Below, in pieces: positions 1 to 11,711 of a stretch of 64,000 bases of DNA. Positions within the stretch are counted from its first letter, which is position 1. Each line of letters opens with the position of its first letter. A program made the translations under genes and the position numbers. The stretch comes from a virus, in IMG/VR virus record IMGVR_UViG_2548876986_000002, positions 2,204-66,203 of that record, one strand, 5' to 3'. The notes under the pieces were generated by a model. That model searched no databases. It was given only the letters and a program-made list of their open reading frames with translations, and was not told where the DNA came from.

Positions 1-2
1 AA

Positions 3-869
3 CAAGAGGATGTCTTTTCTTCGGAAGATCTGGTTAGCTTTTTAGTTAGTCTTTGGCAAGCATTAGAAAAACAAGGGATCACAAAAAATTCAACAACAGA
101 GTTTATCTTAGAGAGATTAGAAAATAAAACGTTTATTGAGCAATATTTACAACTACCTAGCCAAAAATCTATTTTTACGGAATTGCAATCACTTTCTTCA
201 CGCCCAAAACGTGCTGTTTATTCATCTGAATCCAACTCATCTAACTTGAATGAGAAAATATTGGAAAAAAGCGAGGCTTACCTAGCTAAGTATGATCGAC
301 AAACATTAAAAAACGACGTTAAGATCTCTCGAATAAAACCTAAAATAAATCTACTATTTCAAATCCATCCAAACCTAAATCACTCAAAATTTTATCTCTC
401 CATTAGAAAAAAAGATCGTTCTCAAAAAAATAAAGTCGCTTTATCTTTTCTCCAAAAAGAAACTAAAAAACCAAAAACGTTTACTCCATGCAACCATTTA
501 TCAAATAAACAAAAAAGAGATATTCCTACAAATCATTTTTTCAAACCCAGTCCATCTATTAACAAAACGGTGTTGTTATCGCATACAAAAGAAACGATAC
601 TCTCACAGCCAAGTATCACAGCGACAACAAAATTAATAGGTAGAAAAAACGCTTACTCTTATAATAAAACTACTAGCGCAGACATTTCGCGCGTAACGAC
701 TAAAAGCGATGTCATTGGCACACTTTTTTTACTGGATACCGCTGTGCGCTATTGGACAAGAAATCCACATTGCCCAACCAATCAAACATTTCAATCTTTT
801 GATAAACAGGCAGAAAGACAAATTCAACGATTGATGGAGAGAAAACCATTTAACCGCCCTCACCCTTAA
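3..869 (+). CDS. Hypothetical Lys/Ser-rich protein, 5'-truncated by the window edge
   Basis: The frame of the 183..869 ORF is open back to base 3. A degenerate copy of its 3' part lies at about 2060-2375. Confidence 0.6.
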   Translation, partial: QEDVFSSEDLVSFLVSLWQALEKQGITKNSTTEFILERLENKTFIEQYLQLPSQKSIFTELQSLSSRPKRAVYSSESNSSNLNEKILEKSEAYLAKYDRQTLKNDVKISRIKPKINLLFQIHPNLNHSKFYLSIRKKDRSQKNKVALSFLQKETKKPKTFTPCNHLSNKQKRDIPTNHFFKPSPSINKTVLLSHTKETILSQPSITATTKLIGRKNAYSYNKTTSADISRVTTKSDVIGTLFLLDTAVRYWTRNPHCPTNQTFQSFDKQAERQIQRLMERKPFNRPHP

Positions 870-1270
870 AAAACTCTAGCGCAATGGAGCACACCCTTAT
901 ATTCAGTAAATGCGTTTAAACAAAATCAGTAGTTTATAAATTATAAAAAAATAGTAATAAATCCTCCCTAATTCAACTGACCTCGTAAAGCCATAACCAA
1001 AAACCTTTAAGCTAAAGGCTTCTCTCCTCAAACGGCCTAAAAGTTAAGCATTTTATCTAAAAAAAATTAAGAGGCTCACTTGAAACTTTTATTTATAAAA
1101 TAACAAACTGCTTCGACATGTGATTCCCTATCTACTTTTCTCGATACACTGAGTAAAGTAAATTTCAGTTAATTCAATAGAATTAATATTTACTTAATTT
1201 ATTATAAGTTTAATATAAAAATATAAAATAAATTGATTATATTTTTATATAAAAAAAATAGAGGAACTCT

Positions 1271-1734
1271 ATGTTCAAACTCGTAAAAACGCATGTCAAT
1301 GTGCCTGGTTTGTGGGGAGAAATTACTCTACATCAAGCGACTGAAGGAAACTACATTAACACGGTCGAGCGGCATTTAAAAAACGGAGCGGGGGTTAATT
1401 CCCGTAATCAGTGGGGAGAAACCCCTCTTCATCTAGCCGCTACAGAGGGCCGCACAAAAATAGTCGAACTGCTTTTAAAAAAAGAGGCTGAAGTTGATTT
1501 TCGTTGTTATCACAATAAAGACACCGCCCTCCATCGAGCGGCTGCAAATGGCCACACGGAGACGGTTAAGCTTCTTTTAGAAAACGGAGCGGGAGTTAAT
1601 TCGTGTAATAAATGGCGAGAAACGGCCCTAGACTTAGCTGTTAAGCGTCTTTTTTCACCCCACCGCTGACTCCATCCAGCGCATCTACAGGAAAATCATC
1701 AAGTTCACCTGAACGCCCACAAGTAAGTAATTGA
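1271..1734 (+). pseudogene. Ankyrin-repeat effector, internally deleted and frameshifted
   Basis: About 3 ANK repeats (GETPLHLAA, DTALHRAA). At about 1645 it joins an out-of-frame tail ASFFTPPLTPSS...PQVSN* ending at 1734. Confidence 0.8.
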
Positions 1735-2059
1735 TCATTGTTTGGTTCGGCAACAGGGACGTTTGCTTTCTTTTTCGTCCTCCGCTTTAGCCTTTTCTTT
1801 AGAAGTGCTAATATCGACTTGATTCTGTAATGAAACTATTTAATAGACTCATTCAAATGAAACCCTCCTTTTAAAAACTTCCTTCATTTTTTTGAATTGT
1901 ATAAAAGACGATTTTGCAAGCTGCAAAGACTACGAGATTAGAAATAATTAAAATATAACTGACACAACGTAATAAACATGCCTGGATGTCCATAATCAAA
2001 AAAATTTAAAAGAAGAAAGATAAAAAGTTTATCAAATAAATCCATGTGTCAAAAAAAAT

Positions 2060-2375
2060 ATATTTCTACAGATTATTTTTTCAAATCCAGTCTATCTATT
2101 AACACAATCGATTTATTATCACATAGAAAAAAAACGATACTCTCCGCACAGCAACCAAGTATCGCAACTAACATAAAATAAATAGTTCAAAAATAATTAC
2201 GTTTATAATAAGTAACAAACCATAGTACATTTCGCTCGTAATGGCTAAAGGCGATGTAATTGGTATATTTTTTACTTGATACCGCTGTACGCTATTGAAC
2301 ACGAAATTCACATCGTCCAACCAATCAAACATTTCGATCTTTCGATAAACAGAAAAAAATAAATTCAACGATTGC
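2060..2375 (+). repeat. Degenerate duplicate of about 523-830 (3' part of the first ORF)
   Basis: Direct comparison, e.g. gataccgctgtgcgctattg vs gataccgctgtacgctattg; ccaaccaatcaaacatttc occurs in both. Confidence 0.85.
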
Positions 2376-2508
2376 CTATTTTATTTGTCTCAACACACTT
2401 AGCGAAATAGATTGAGAATGAATATTCAAATGATTTACTATCATAATAATAAATTAAAATAAAATAAATTTATTATAATTTTATATAAAATAACAATGGA
2501 GAAACTCT

Positions 2509-4299
2509 ATGTTCAATTTTGAAAAAACTCATGTCAATGAGTCTAGTTTGTGGGGAGAGGTTACCCTGCATCAAGCAGCTGCAAATGGCGACACGGAGAC
2601 GGTCCAGCGACGTTTAGAACACGGAGCGGACGTTAATTTGCGTAATCGGTGGGGAGAAACCCCTCTCCATCTAGCTGCTACATCGGGCCATACTAAAACC
2701 GTCCAGCTGCTTTTAAAAAATGGAGCTAAAGTTAATGTTTTTAACCTGAAGCGAGAAACTGCCCTCTATAACGCGGCTATACATGGCCACACGGAGACGG
2801 TCGAGCGGCTTTTAAAAAACGGAGCGGCAGTTAATTTTCGTAATCAGTGGGGAGAAACCGTGCTCCATCAAGTAGCTAAATGGGATTACACGGATATCGT
2901 GGAGCGGCTTTTAGAAAAGGGGGCTAAAGTTAATTTGCGTGATCAGAATGGAGAAACCGCTCTCCATCGAGCCGCTGAAGAGGGCTACACGGAGACGGTT
3001 CAGCGGCTTTTAGAAAAGGGGGCTAAAGTTAATTTGCGTGATCAGAATGGAGAAACCGCCCTCCATCGAGCCGCTGCATCCGCTCACAATCAAACTGCAT
3101 GGAATCATACGGAGACGATCCAGCTGCTTTTAGAAAACAAAGCGGGGGTTAATTTGTGTAATTGGAAAGGAGAAACGTCTCTGCATCAAGCGGCTGCCAA
3201 TGGTCACACAAAGACGATCGAGCGGCTTTTAAAAAATGGAGCGGAGGTTAATTTGTATAACCAGCGTGGGTATACCCCACTGTATTTAGCGACGGTATGG
3301 AATCATACGAAGGCGGTCCAGCGGCTTTTAGAACACGGAGCAGAGGTTAATTTTTTTTACCCGAATCGAGAAACCGTCCTCCATCGAGCCGCTGCATCGG
3401 GCACTACTAAGATAGTGCAGCGGCTTTTAAAACACGGAGCGGACGTTAATTTAGTTGACGAGAATCACAATACGGCCCTGTATTTAGCAGTTACATGGGG
3501 TTACACGGAAACAGTCGAGCGACTTTTAGAACACGGGGCAGAGGTTAATTTTCGTAATCAGTGGGGAGAAACCGCCCTCCATGCAGCGGCGGGATTGGGT
3601 CACACTGAAATAGTCCAGCGGCTTTTAGAAAACAAAACGAAGGTTAATGTTTGTAATCTGTGGGGGCAAACCGCCCTCCATCGAGCCGCGGAAGAGGGCC
3701 ACACTGGGGCGGTCTTGTTTCTTTTAAAAAATGGCGCGGAGGTTAATTTAGTTGACCAGGATAACAATACGGCCCTGTATTTTATGGCTACATGGGGCCA
3801 CACGAAGACCGTCCAGTGGCTTTTAGAACACGGAGCAGAAGTTAATTTTCGTAACCAGATGAAAAAAACCGCCCTCCATCAAGCAGCAGCAGAGGGCCAC
3901 ACTGAGACAGTCCAGCGGCTTTTAGAAAAAGGGGCTAAAGTTAATTTTCGTAACCAGATGAAAGAAACCGCCCTCCATAAAGCGGCTACAGCGGGTCACA
4001 CAAAGATAGTCCAGCTTCTTTTAGAACACGGCGCGGGAGTTAATTCGTGTAATAAATGGCGAGAAACGGCCCTGGACTTAGCTGTTCAACGCAACCATTT
4101 TGAGGTAGCAAAAGAATTAATTAACGCTCATTTATTGAAAAATCCACAAACAGCAATACCCAACTCGATTCAAACTCATCGGGATTTATTATCTTATTGG
4201 AACCAATTTTCAGAAGAAATTAACCGCTGGGTATTGCTGTTTGTAGATTTTTCAATAAATGAGCGTCAATCAATTCTTTTGCTACATCAAAATGATTGA
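2509..4299 (+). CDS. Ankyrin-repeat protein (about 15-16 repeats), C-terminus fused to an inverted paralog
   Basis: Repeated GETALHxAAxxGHTETVxxLLExGAEVN units with a 33-aa period. Confidence 0.95.
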   Translation: MFNFEKTHVNESSLWGEVTLHQAAANGDTETVQRRLEHGADVNLRNRWGETPLHLAATSGHTKTVQLLLKNGAKVNVFNLKRETALYNAAIHGHTETVERLLKNGAAVNFRNQWGETVLHQVAKWDYTDIVERLLEKGAKVNLRDQNGETALHRAAEEGYTETVQRLLEKGAKVNLRDQNGETALHRAAASAHNQTAWNHTETIQLLLENKAGVNLCNWKGETSLHQAAANGHTKTIERLLKNGAEVNLYNQRGYTPLYLATVWNHTKAVQRLLEHGAEVNFFYPNRETVLHRAAASGTTKIVQRLLKHGADVNLVDENHNTALYLAVTWGYTETVERLLEHGAEVNFRNQWGETALHAAAGLGHTEIVQRLLENKTKVNVCNLWGQTALHRAAEEGHTGAVLFLLKNGAEVNLVDQDNNTALYFMATWGHTKTVQWLLEHGAEVNFRNQMKKTALHQAAAEGHTETVQRLLEKGAKVNFRNQMKETALHKAATAGHTKIVQLLLEHGAGVNSCNKWRETALDLAVQRNHFEVAKELINAHLLKNPQTAIPNSIQTHRDLLSYWNQFSEEINRWVLLFVDFSINERQSILLLHQND

Positions 4300-4324
4300 A
4301 TTGAGCGGCTAAATCGAGGGCCGT
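4066..4324. repeat. Inverted repeat with arms at about 4066-4162 and 4228-4324
   Basis: gcaaaagaattaattaacgctcatttattgaaaaatccacaaacagcaataccca matches the reverse complement of 4228-4285 with few mismatches. Confidence 0.85.
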
Positions 4325-5170
4325 ATTGTTATCCTCGTTAACTAAATTAACTTCCGCTCCGTGTTCTAAAAGAAGCTTAACCGTCTCCGTGTGGTCCATT
4401 ACTGCCGCTGCATGGAGAGCGGTTTCTCCACACTGATTACGAAAATTAACCTCTGCTCCGTGTTCTAAAAGTCGCTCGACCGTTTCCGTGTAACCCCATG
4501 TAACTGCTAAATTCAGGGCTGTATTGTGATTCTCGTCAACTAAATTAACGTCCGCTCCGTGTTCTAACAGAAGCTTAACCGTCTCCGTGTGACCCGCTGT
4601 AGCCGCTTGATGGAGGGCCGTTTCTCGCAATTTATTACACGAATTAACCTCCGCTCCGTGTTCTAAAAGAAGCTTAACCGTCTCCGTGTAACCCAATGCA
4701 GCCGCTTGATGCAGGGCGGATCTCTTGTTTTGATTACATAAATTAACTTCAGCTCTGTTTTTTAAAAGAAGCTGGACCGTTTCAGTATGATCCCAGGAAG
4801 CGGCTCGATGGAGAGGGGTTTCTTCCCACTGATTACGCGAATTAACCTCCGCTCCGTGTTCTAAAAGAAGCTTAACCGTCTCCGTGTGGCCATTTGCAGC
4901 CGCTCGATGGAGGGCGGTGTCCTTATTGTGATGACAACGAAAATCAACTTCAGCCTGCTTTTTTAAAAGCAGTTCGACTATTTTTGTGCAGCCCTCTGTA
5001 GCGGCTAGATGAAGAGGGGTTTCTCCCCACTGATTACGCGAATTAACCTCCGCTCCGTTTTTTAAACGTCGCTCGACTATTTTAGTATCGCCTTTTTCAG
5101 CGGCTCGATGGAGGTCCGTTTCTTCCCATAAATCACACATATTGATCTTATTTTTTTTGGAATCCAACAT
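4220..5170 (-). CDS. Ankyrin-repeat protein (about 8-9 repeats), truncated after LQTAIP
   Basis: ANK consensus repeats; modules near-identical to those in 1271.. and 2509.. Confidence 0.93.
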   Translation of the reverse strand: MLDSKKNKINMCDLWEETDLHRAAEKGDTKIVERRLKNGAEVNSRNQWGETPLHLAATEGCTKIVELLLKKQAEVDFRCHHNKDTALHRAAANGHTETVKLLLEHGAEVNSRNQWEETPLHRAASWDHTETVQLLLKNRAEVNLCNQNKRSALHQAAALGYTETVKLLLEHGAEVNSCNKLRETALHQAATAGHTETVKLLLEHGADVNLVDENHNTALNLAVTWGYTETVERLLEHGAEVNFRNQCGETALHAAAVMDHTETVKLLLEHGAEVNLVNEDNNTALDLAAQFNHFDVAKELIDAHLLKNLQTAIPSG

Positions 5171-5559
5171 ATCGTTTCTTTATTATTTTTATATAAAAAA
5201 CTAATAATACTATATTATTAATATTAATTAATTATATAATAAATAAATTAAATAAATATTAACTCTTTTGAAAAAGATAAAATTTACTTTGCAAAACATA
5301 TCGAGGAAATAAGATAAGAAAACTTTATAAATATAAAACAACAAAGTATTGGCTGGTAAATAAAGATAAATTGAGTGTTAAAGAAATAGATTAAACACTT
5401 AGGTAAACTTACTGGGTATTTACCATTAAAATCTATAAACATAAGTATTTTACAAATCTCACTGCTAATCGTGAAGCGAATGGTGTTAATAAAGAAAACG
5501 ATCCATCCAAAATTAGAAGGAAGTTCTAAAATTTTAAACCATGCAGTAATTAATAGGTG

Positions 5560-5640
5560 AATGAGCGTGAGATGATATAGCTTGCAGCAGCACCTAAAAT
5601 TAAATTACTCTCGGAAAACCTAAACCTAGGCCTTCCCAAT
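5560..5640 (+). pseudogene. Tyrosine integrase relic
   Basis: gcagcacctaaaattaaattactctcggaa (AAPKIKLLSE) resembles ATGPKIKLLPE of the 15060 integrase. Confidence 0.4.
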
Positions 5641-5743
5641 CACACGAATTCCTAATTTAACTTGGAATAAAGTACAAGTACGTACAGAAATCACCTCATA
5701 TGAGAGCGCATGATCTGAAGTAAACCCTTGCATCTGATTTAAC

Positions 5744-5790
5744 TGGGACGCCAGAGAAATTCAAACTTATGGTCACTCCATTCGTGGCTA
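5744..5790 (-). mobile_element. Highly eroded att relic (tRNA-Arg 3' half)
   Basis: tgggacgccagagaaattcaaact...ttcgtggct aligns with 31275-31321, and its right flank matches 27290-27330. Confidence 0.6.
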
Positions 5791-5824
5791 AGTACTTACA
5801 TGGTAAGTCATTGAAAAAAAATTA

Positions 5825-5990
5825 TTAATGGTGACAGTCATTATCCGACACACGAAGATATTCAGTGCCGACCCAGTAGATTGTGCTGAGCTTCGATCGT
5901 ATCTGTGATACGTTAGCCGCATTTTGGTATTGTAAAGTCACTTCAGTATCAAATAATTGACAGACGGCCGCTGAACGATTCACTTCAAAA
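5825..5990 (-). pseudogene. Major capsid gene 5' relic (copy 1)
   Basis: The reverse strand reads AAVCQLFDTEVTLQYQN, then degrades. Confidence 0.75.
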
Positions 5991-5994
5991 ATAA

Positions 5995-6110
5995 TAAAAT
6001 CTGATAAATAACAGTTACATCAATTTAGCTATTATTTATCAGGTTACCTATATTTTAGAGCTAATAATACGATCAGTTAATCTAAAAAGGTAACCAAACG
6101 GAATTTTTAA
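5995..6110 (-). promoter_or_regulatory. Capsid leader element (copy 1, diverged)
   Basis: Keeps GGTAACCTGATAAAT...ATTTATCAG and ACCTTTTTAG as in the other copies. Confidence 0.6.
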
Positions 6111-6234
6111 ATTGATCGCCTTATTCTATTTTCTACTAAAAAATCAAAAAGTATTTCTTATGTTATAATTATGCTAATCTAGAATTAGAAAAATTAATTA
6201 AACTATTAAAAATAATAAAAAATAAATTTCAAAT

Positions 6235-7155
6235 TTGTTAATAATCATGTTTAAAAAAAAATATCGCACTGAAAGTTTTTATGATCTAAGATTTTTAGCC
6301 TCTACTCTAAGACTAGGGAAGGATGAAAATTTAAAAAAACTATGCGAGGAATTAGAAGATCTAAAGCAAGATTCCTCTCTTAATAGTAAGGATACTTTAC
6401 TGTGCAAAACTAAATTTGAAAACTATATTATTCCTAAAACAAAAGAATTTTTAGCAAAAAATTTAATTTTACCTAATCAAACAGGTGATAAGTTTCTTGA
6501 AATTGTGCAAAAAAATCACTTCTTTAAAATAAGAAAACTACTTGAAGTGTATAAAATTTATTCAAAAGAAAAAACTTTTAGTACTCATCAATCTTTCTTT
6601 TCGAACTCTCAAAAAAATACAAATGAACTATTAACGCAGATCATTAAAAAAGGGAATTTAAATGAAATTAAAGATTTTATGGAAACGAGAATTGAGACGA
6701 ATGATAAATGGGTCAACGCATTCCATGCAGCGGTTCTTTATGAGCAGATAAGCACTATAAAATGGCTTTTAAAACGAGGAGCGATTGGCGTAACAAAAAG
6801 TGCTGAAACAACATTATTAAATATGGCGACCCGTTTAGAAAATATAAAAATTATAGCATTACTTTTAATGTATGGATTTGATGTTAATGGGATGAGTAAA
6901 AATAGAATTACGCCATTAGAGATCGCTATCGAGCAAAAAAACATCAAAATCATTAAATTACTTTTAGCTTACGACGCAAAAGTTAACCTATTAGGAAAAG
7001 AAACACTCAAAGTACTCTATCTAGACTCAGAAAATAATATCAAGGAATTAATTAAAAATGCTAGAACTTATTATATAAAAGAGGATGAAGATATACGGAA
7101 TCTAAATGAAGTTAAACCGTCAAATCAATATAGATGTATAAAATATAGAAGTTAA
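6235..7155 (+). CDS. Effector-like protein with C-terminal ankyrin repeats (cargo of slot 1)
   Basis: AFHAAV, TLLNMAT, TPLEIAIEQKNIKIIKLLLAYDAKVN; AT-rich. Confidence 0.85.
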   Translation: MLIIMFKKKYRTESFYDLRFLASTLRLGKDENLKKLCEELEDLKQDSSLNSKDTLLCKTKFENYIIPKTKEFLAKNLILPNQTGDKFLEIVQKNHFFKIRKLLEVYKIYSKEKTFSTHQSFFSNSQKNTNELLTQIIKKGNLNEIKDFMETRIETNDKWVNAFHAAVLYEQISTIKWLLKRGAIGVTKSAETTLLNMATRLENIKIIALLLMYGFDVNGMSKNRITPLEIAIEQKNIKIIKLLLAYDAKVNLLGKETLKVLYLDSENNIKELIKNARTYYIKEDEDIRNLNEVKPSNQYRCIKYRS

Positions 7156-7259
7156 TTTTTTATTTTTTTGACCTTCGTTTTGTAATTTCATTAATAATGA
7201 TACTAGTATAAAGTTTTCTTCTATTTAGTCGTTCTATTGCTGCGCTTGAATTTTAGAAA

Positions 7260-7740
7260 ACTGTCTTTGTAAACTGACCGGTTTGGCAGTAGTAACTCAA
7301 CCTTATCTTTGCGCTCGGATAATGAAATAGATTTAGGTACTTGATCATTTTCTGGCCCGAAAAAGATTGTTAGTTTTTCTTGTAAAATTTTATTTTTATT
7401 AAATAACGTTGATCTCTTTTTATAGACTTTTTCTAACGCTTACACGAGTTTATATATTTACCGGCATAGAATTTGGATGGTGTATCCGTTGCTTAGGCCA
7501 ATAATTTTGTTCCCTTTCCTTTTGAGGGTGTGTTTGAATCAGGATTTAGAGAAAACGACGCATTATTCTAATACTGAACTAATGAATTTAACTGAAGCAG
7601 GGAATAAGGTACGTAACATCAATCAAAAATATCATTTAACCCTGTTAAGGAGGCCTTTTACTAGGATGAAGATCAAAGCCCCACAGCCCCACATACAGAT
7701 AATTTTAGGAAAATTTAATTGAAGTTAACTTATTCTAATT
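7260..7740 (-). pseudogene. Relics of the scaffold gene and of its upstream small phage gene (copy 1)
   Basis: Reverse strand resembles LYAGKY...LEKxYK...FNxNKxLQEKL; gtgtttgaatca...gacg matches 58370-58400. Confidence 0.65.
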
Positions 7741-8202
7741 ATATTAATATGTAGATTCTACCTTAGACTTTTTTCGCTTTGTTTCAATGATTTCAATATA
7801 TTTTAATCATAATTCTATTGTCTGCTCCCCTCCTCAACACCGACTATGAAGAACTCTTCTTTGACGTCGCATGAATTTTATCTCATCGTTTAGGCGAGCA
7901 GGTTGATTTCAAATGAAGATCGTTTTTCGGTTTTAATGAATTTAAAAAAAACCAAAATTTTTTCATGATAGCGCTAACGTGAATTGTTTCTCGCTGTAGT
8001 TTTAAAGCAAGGGAGTAAGCATTATATACGTGTTCATATTGCCGAATGTGATATAGTTGTTCACCAATATCCACGACTATTTTTTTAGCGCCTACGGCGC
8101 TAATCAAAGATTTATGGCAATTTGGATGTAAATCATTAAAAACTACCCTAAAGCTATAATCAGAGAATTGAACCTTAGATAACTCTGGAGACAGTTTAGT
8201 GA

Positions 8203-10728
8203 TTAAAAATTAATAAAATCGTCTGGGTGATTTTTAGAAAAGTGAGTTAAAGGAAGATCGTTACTGCCAATAATAATTTTGGCTAGAGTTTCATGTAGTT
8301 CACTCTTATCTAATAACTCAACTAAATTAATAACACCCACAGAGGATAGTTTACTCAAAATTCGAGGATTTATTATTTCTTTTTTAAGTATCTTCTCTAA
8401 TCCACCAAATAAATCAATAGACGCCTGATAATAGACTTCAGGTAAGCAATCTATTAAGGTATTAAAAAGCCTTTTTTCGCCAACAGAAGTTTTAAGCACT
8501 TCTATAATTTCTTTTTCTTTTAAGAGCGCCACTAATTGTGGCAAAGCATTGTAACCTGAAAAAAATTCAAATAGTTTAGTTAAACTATAGTCACTTTTAA
8601 TTAACTCTATAAACGTTTTTTCCTTTAATAAGAAATTTATAAAGCGATCACGATAGGAGTTATCTTCAATTAAACTTAAGAATGTTTCAAAAGAGTCAAA
8701 ATAGGTGAATTGTTCAGAAATCTTTACATTTGAGTTAATCATATATTGACTAAGAAGATCTACTACGCTAGGTAAGTAATTCATTAAATATTTGATATTA
8801 TACTTACATAAACTCAATACTTTTTTGCAACTAAACTTATTAAAAAAAGTGATACGATCTTCAGTATTCAAATCGGATAATATCTCTATAATATCTTCAT
8901 CGTTCAATGCTTCTAATTGTTGGTCACTTTTATAGATAAAGGTCAAAATAAATTTAAGTCGCAATGTGTGAGGAATACAGTACAATATATTTCTAAATTC
9001 AAAATAATTTTTTTGTTCTAACTTATCGATTAGTTTGTCAGATAAGTCATTTATAAAACTCCATTGCACTTCTTCTGAAAAAAGCTTAGCTATAGACTTT
9101 ATTACATACAAGTTATCCTTTATCACGTCGATAATTTGACTTTTATATTTACAATAAAATTCCAAGCGTTTATCGCTCGGAAGGAATACATAAAAATTTC
9201 TATTAGTTTACTATCACATTCTGGAAATTTTAAATTCATTAAAAAATCATAACGTTCTTTTTCGGGTAAAAGAATAAGCAGCACCGCTAATTGATAACTA
9301 TTGCTCAGTTTATGATACGCTTTTTCTATAATTGGCTTTCGTTTGTCTTCGGGCACGTATAAAAGCTTATAAGCAAACTGATAAAAAGAAAACTTCTCCT
9401 CCTTTAATTGAGAATAAAAAACGTCTTGGTCAAAAATTTGGTTTGGGTTATTTTCAACTATGACTATTTTCTTAAAGAAAAGTAATAAATAGAAATCTAA
9501 TTTTATATTAAAATCTAAATACTTAGCTAAATAAGTCTTAATGTTTTTCCATGTGAACTTCATGGAGTGCGTTAAAAACGCTTCCAGGTTTTTGGGGTCG
9601 ATGTTAGGCTCAAACTTTACACTAAAGGGGTATCTTTTATAACTAGGAGAAGCACGTAGTAGCCAGGATATATATGATCTTATGCTCTCTATTGTCTCCT
9701 TCCCTTCAAATATATTGGGTACGATATAACGATTGAAGGCCTCAAACGTTAGAACCTTCGAATATTGAACCTCAACAATAGGAATGATATTGGGATTTGA
9801 CACCATTAACTCCAGTGTTTTATCCCCTCGACCCACAGCTACTTCCTGTGCGATCCAAAATAAGCTTTCATAGTCACTGGAAGGTAACGGATAATTTAAA
9901 GCTACTTTTATCTTTTTATACTTCGCATGAGTTGAAAATTTATCTTCAGTAACCGTACCCTCGTTGTCAAGGAACTGAAGCTCGGAACAATAATTTTTAA
10001 GTAGCGCAATCAATGCTTTTTTTTCAGAGAGTTCAAGGTTAGTATGAAAAATAATATTTTGATACTTATCAGCCAGCTCACTAACTAGAATAGATGTTAT
10101 TATATATGGGAACGATCAAAGTTTCTTGAAGAAATTGTGAATATTTTTCTCTTGAGTTTGTTGCTAACAAAAAATTATGATACTTAATGTCTTCCAGTGA
10201 AGCTAATAATGCTTCAGACGAAACGGAACGAGGAGACTTCAAAAGAAAACCGTGACTGGCCTCGTGTAACCCCATACTAAAGATTAATTTATTAAAATCT
10301 ATAGAGCTTATTTCTCGATAATCTTTAAAAAATGATGCGGCTTCATGCTCCGGAAAATGTAAAATTGGCAATGAGTTGATAAATTGATTATCAGTAACAT
10401 AAAAAGGAGTGGATACAACAATAATTCCCATTATATCTTTAAAAGAAAGTAGGCAATCGTCTATATCTTTAAAAGATATTAAACGAGCGTCTTCTTTTTC
10501 TTTAGTTGGGTTATCTAAGAGTCTCCAACTAAAATGAGGCAAGGAATTATATCCCTGTAGATCTTGTTTTAAGAGTTCACAATTATGTACACTCGAATCA
10601 TAAATCACTACACCAAAGAGTTTGATTGAAGAACCGTAGCTTTCTAACAATCGATTGACTACATCTTTAAAATGGCCAAAATCGCCTAACCCATCCTGCC
10701 ATATATTACAATAGACTACAATATTCAA
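8203..10728 (-). pseudogene. Large effector-like protein (about 850 aa) split into 3 ORFs; N-terminus possibly GT-B glycosyltransferase-like
   Basis: Three consecutive same-strand ORFs of similar composition; N-terminal beta strand followed by DGLGDFGH. The fold call is inference. Confidence 0.55.
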
Positions 10729-10920
10729 TTAATTCACTCTTTTTTTATCAAAAAAAAATATAATTAATGAATTATATTTAACAAATATTAAATAAGCCTT
10801 AAGATCGGCATTGGCTCATGGAGAAAGGGTATCAGGTAGGTTTTTATATAGAATAAACTTGGGGCTGATGAAGAAAAAATTGTAGCCAACTTAGCTAAGT
10901 TATTGAAAAATAATTTTAAT

Positions 10921-10960
10921 TTGACACGCCCAGAGAAACTCAAACTCTCGACCCCCAGTT
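10921..10960 (-). mobile_element. Eroded att relic (tRNA-Arg 3' half)
   Basis: tgacacgcccagagaaactcaaactctcgacc aligns with 31275ff; left flank tattgaaaaataat as at 27240. Confidence 0.65.
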
Positions 10961-11004
10961 GGGGGTGGCGAATTTTAATAGAAAAAACAATTAATAATGA
11001 ATAT

Positions 11005-11690
11005 CTTAATTTTATTGCGGGAAAAGTCTAAACAGTACCGATTATCCCGGGCTCAATGAAGAAAAGTACGCCTTAGCGATTGCTTCTCTCGAAAACCAAG
11101 ACATGGATGTGCATAATCTTGAAGTATGGACTTGAACACTGCCCATTGTTAAAACTTTCATTGTATAATGACCAACAGATTTCTAATTTTTTCTACAATG
11201 AGGTTAAACCGTTAATGAATCATAAAGTCCAGGTCTATTTGGATATTGGTTTTCGTTTTTTAGGTGAAAATGGCATTAAAAATATTCCACCATACACTAG
11301 GATGCCTGGGTACAATGGCTGTAACCGCATATTACACCAGCATTACTTGCCCTTCATAACCAATAACCGCTGGAATTGTTAATCACCCGAACAACGGGTG
11401 TCAAAATCATTCAATCCCATGGTACGGCCTTGATCACCGTCAATTAAAAATTGGCAAAGAACTCTTTTAAGAGAACCCTATGCCAAGTAAACCCAACATC
11501 TCTCATTTTATTATCTTAACACCTGTAACTGAAAGTCTTCTGGTACAGCAACCGCTTTATTTTTAGCCAACACAAAAGATAAAGAAAAGGTTATTCCCTA
11601 AGCGATTAGGTCAATGATCTGTATATCCGAAAAAAAATTAAAGACTTCGATGTCATGATCATTAAGTATAAGTCTGGCAAACACGATCGC
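11005..11690 (+). pseudogene. Eroded capsid C-terminal half plus relic of the downstream gene, in opposite orientation
   Basis: FIAGK..GLNEEKYALAI..LYNDQQISNFFYNEVKP..FRFLGENGI, then atgccaagtaaacccaac..atgatctgtatatccgaaaa matching 55234..55542. Confidence 0.85.
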
Positions 11691-11711
11691 TGAGAAGCTT
11701 TTTTCTCTCTT

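Noticed and set aside
1650-1840. Transposase fragment on the minus strand
   Set aside because: No DDE or family motif; the plus-strand frame is better explained as the orphan effector tail ASFFTPP...
11080-11382. Novel 100-aa protein
   Set aside because: It is a frameshifted read-through of the eroded capsid C-terminal relic.
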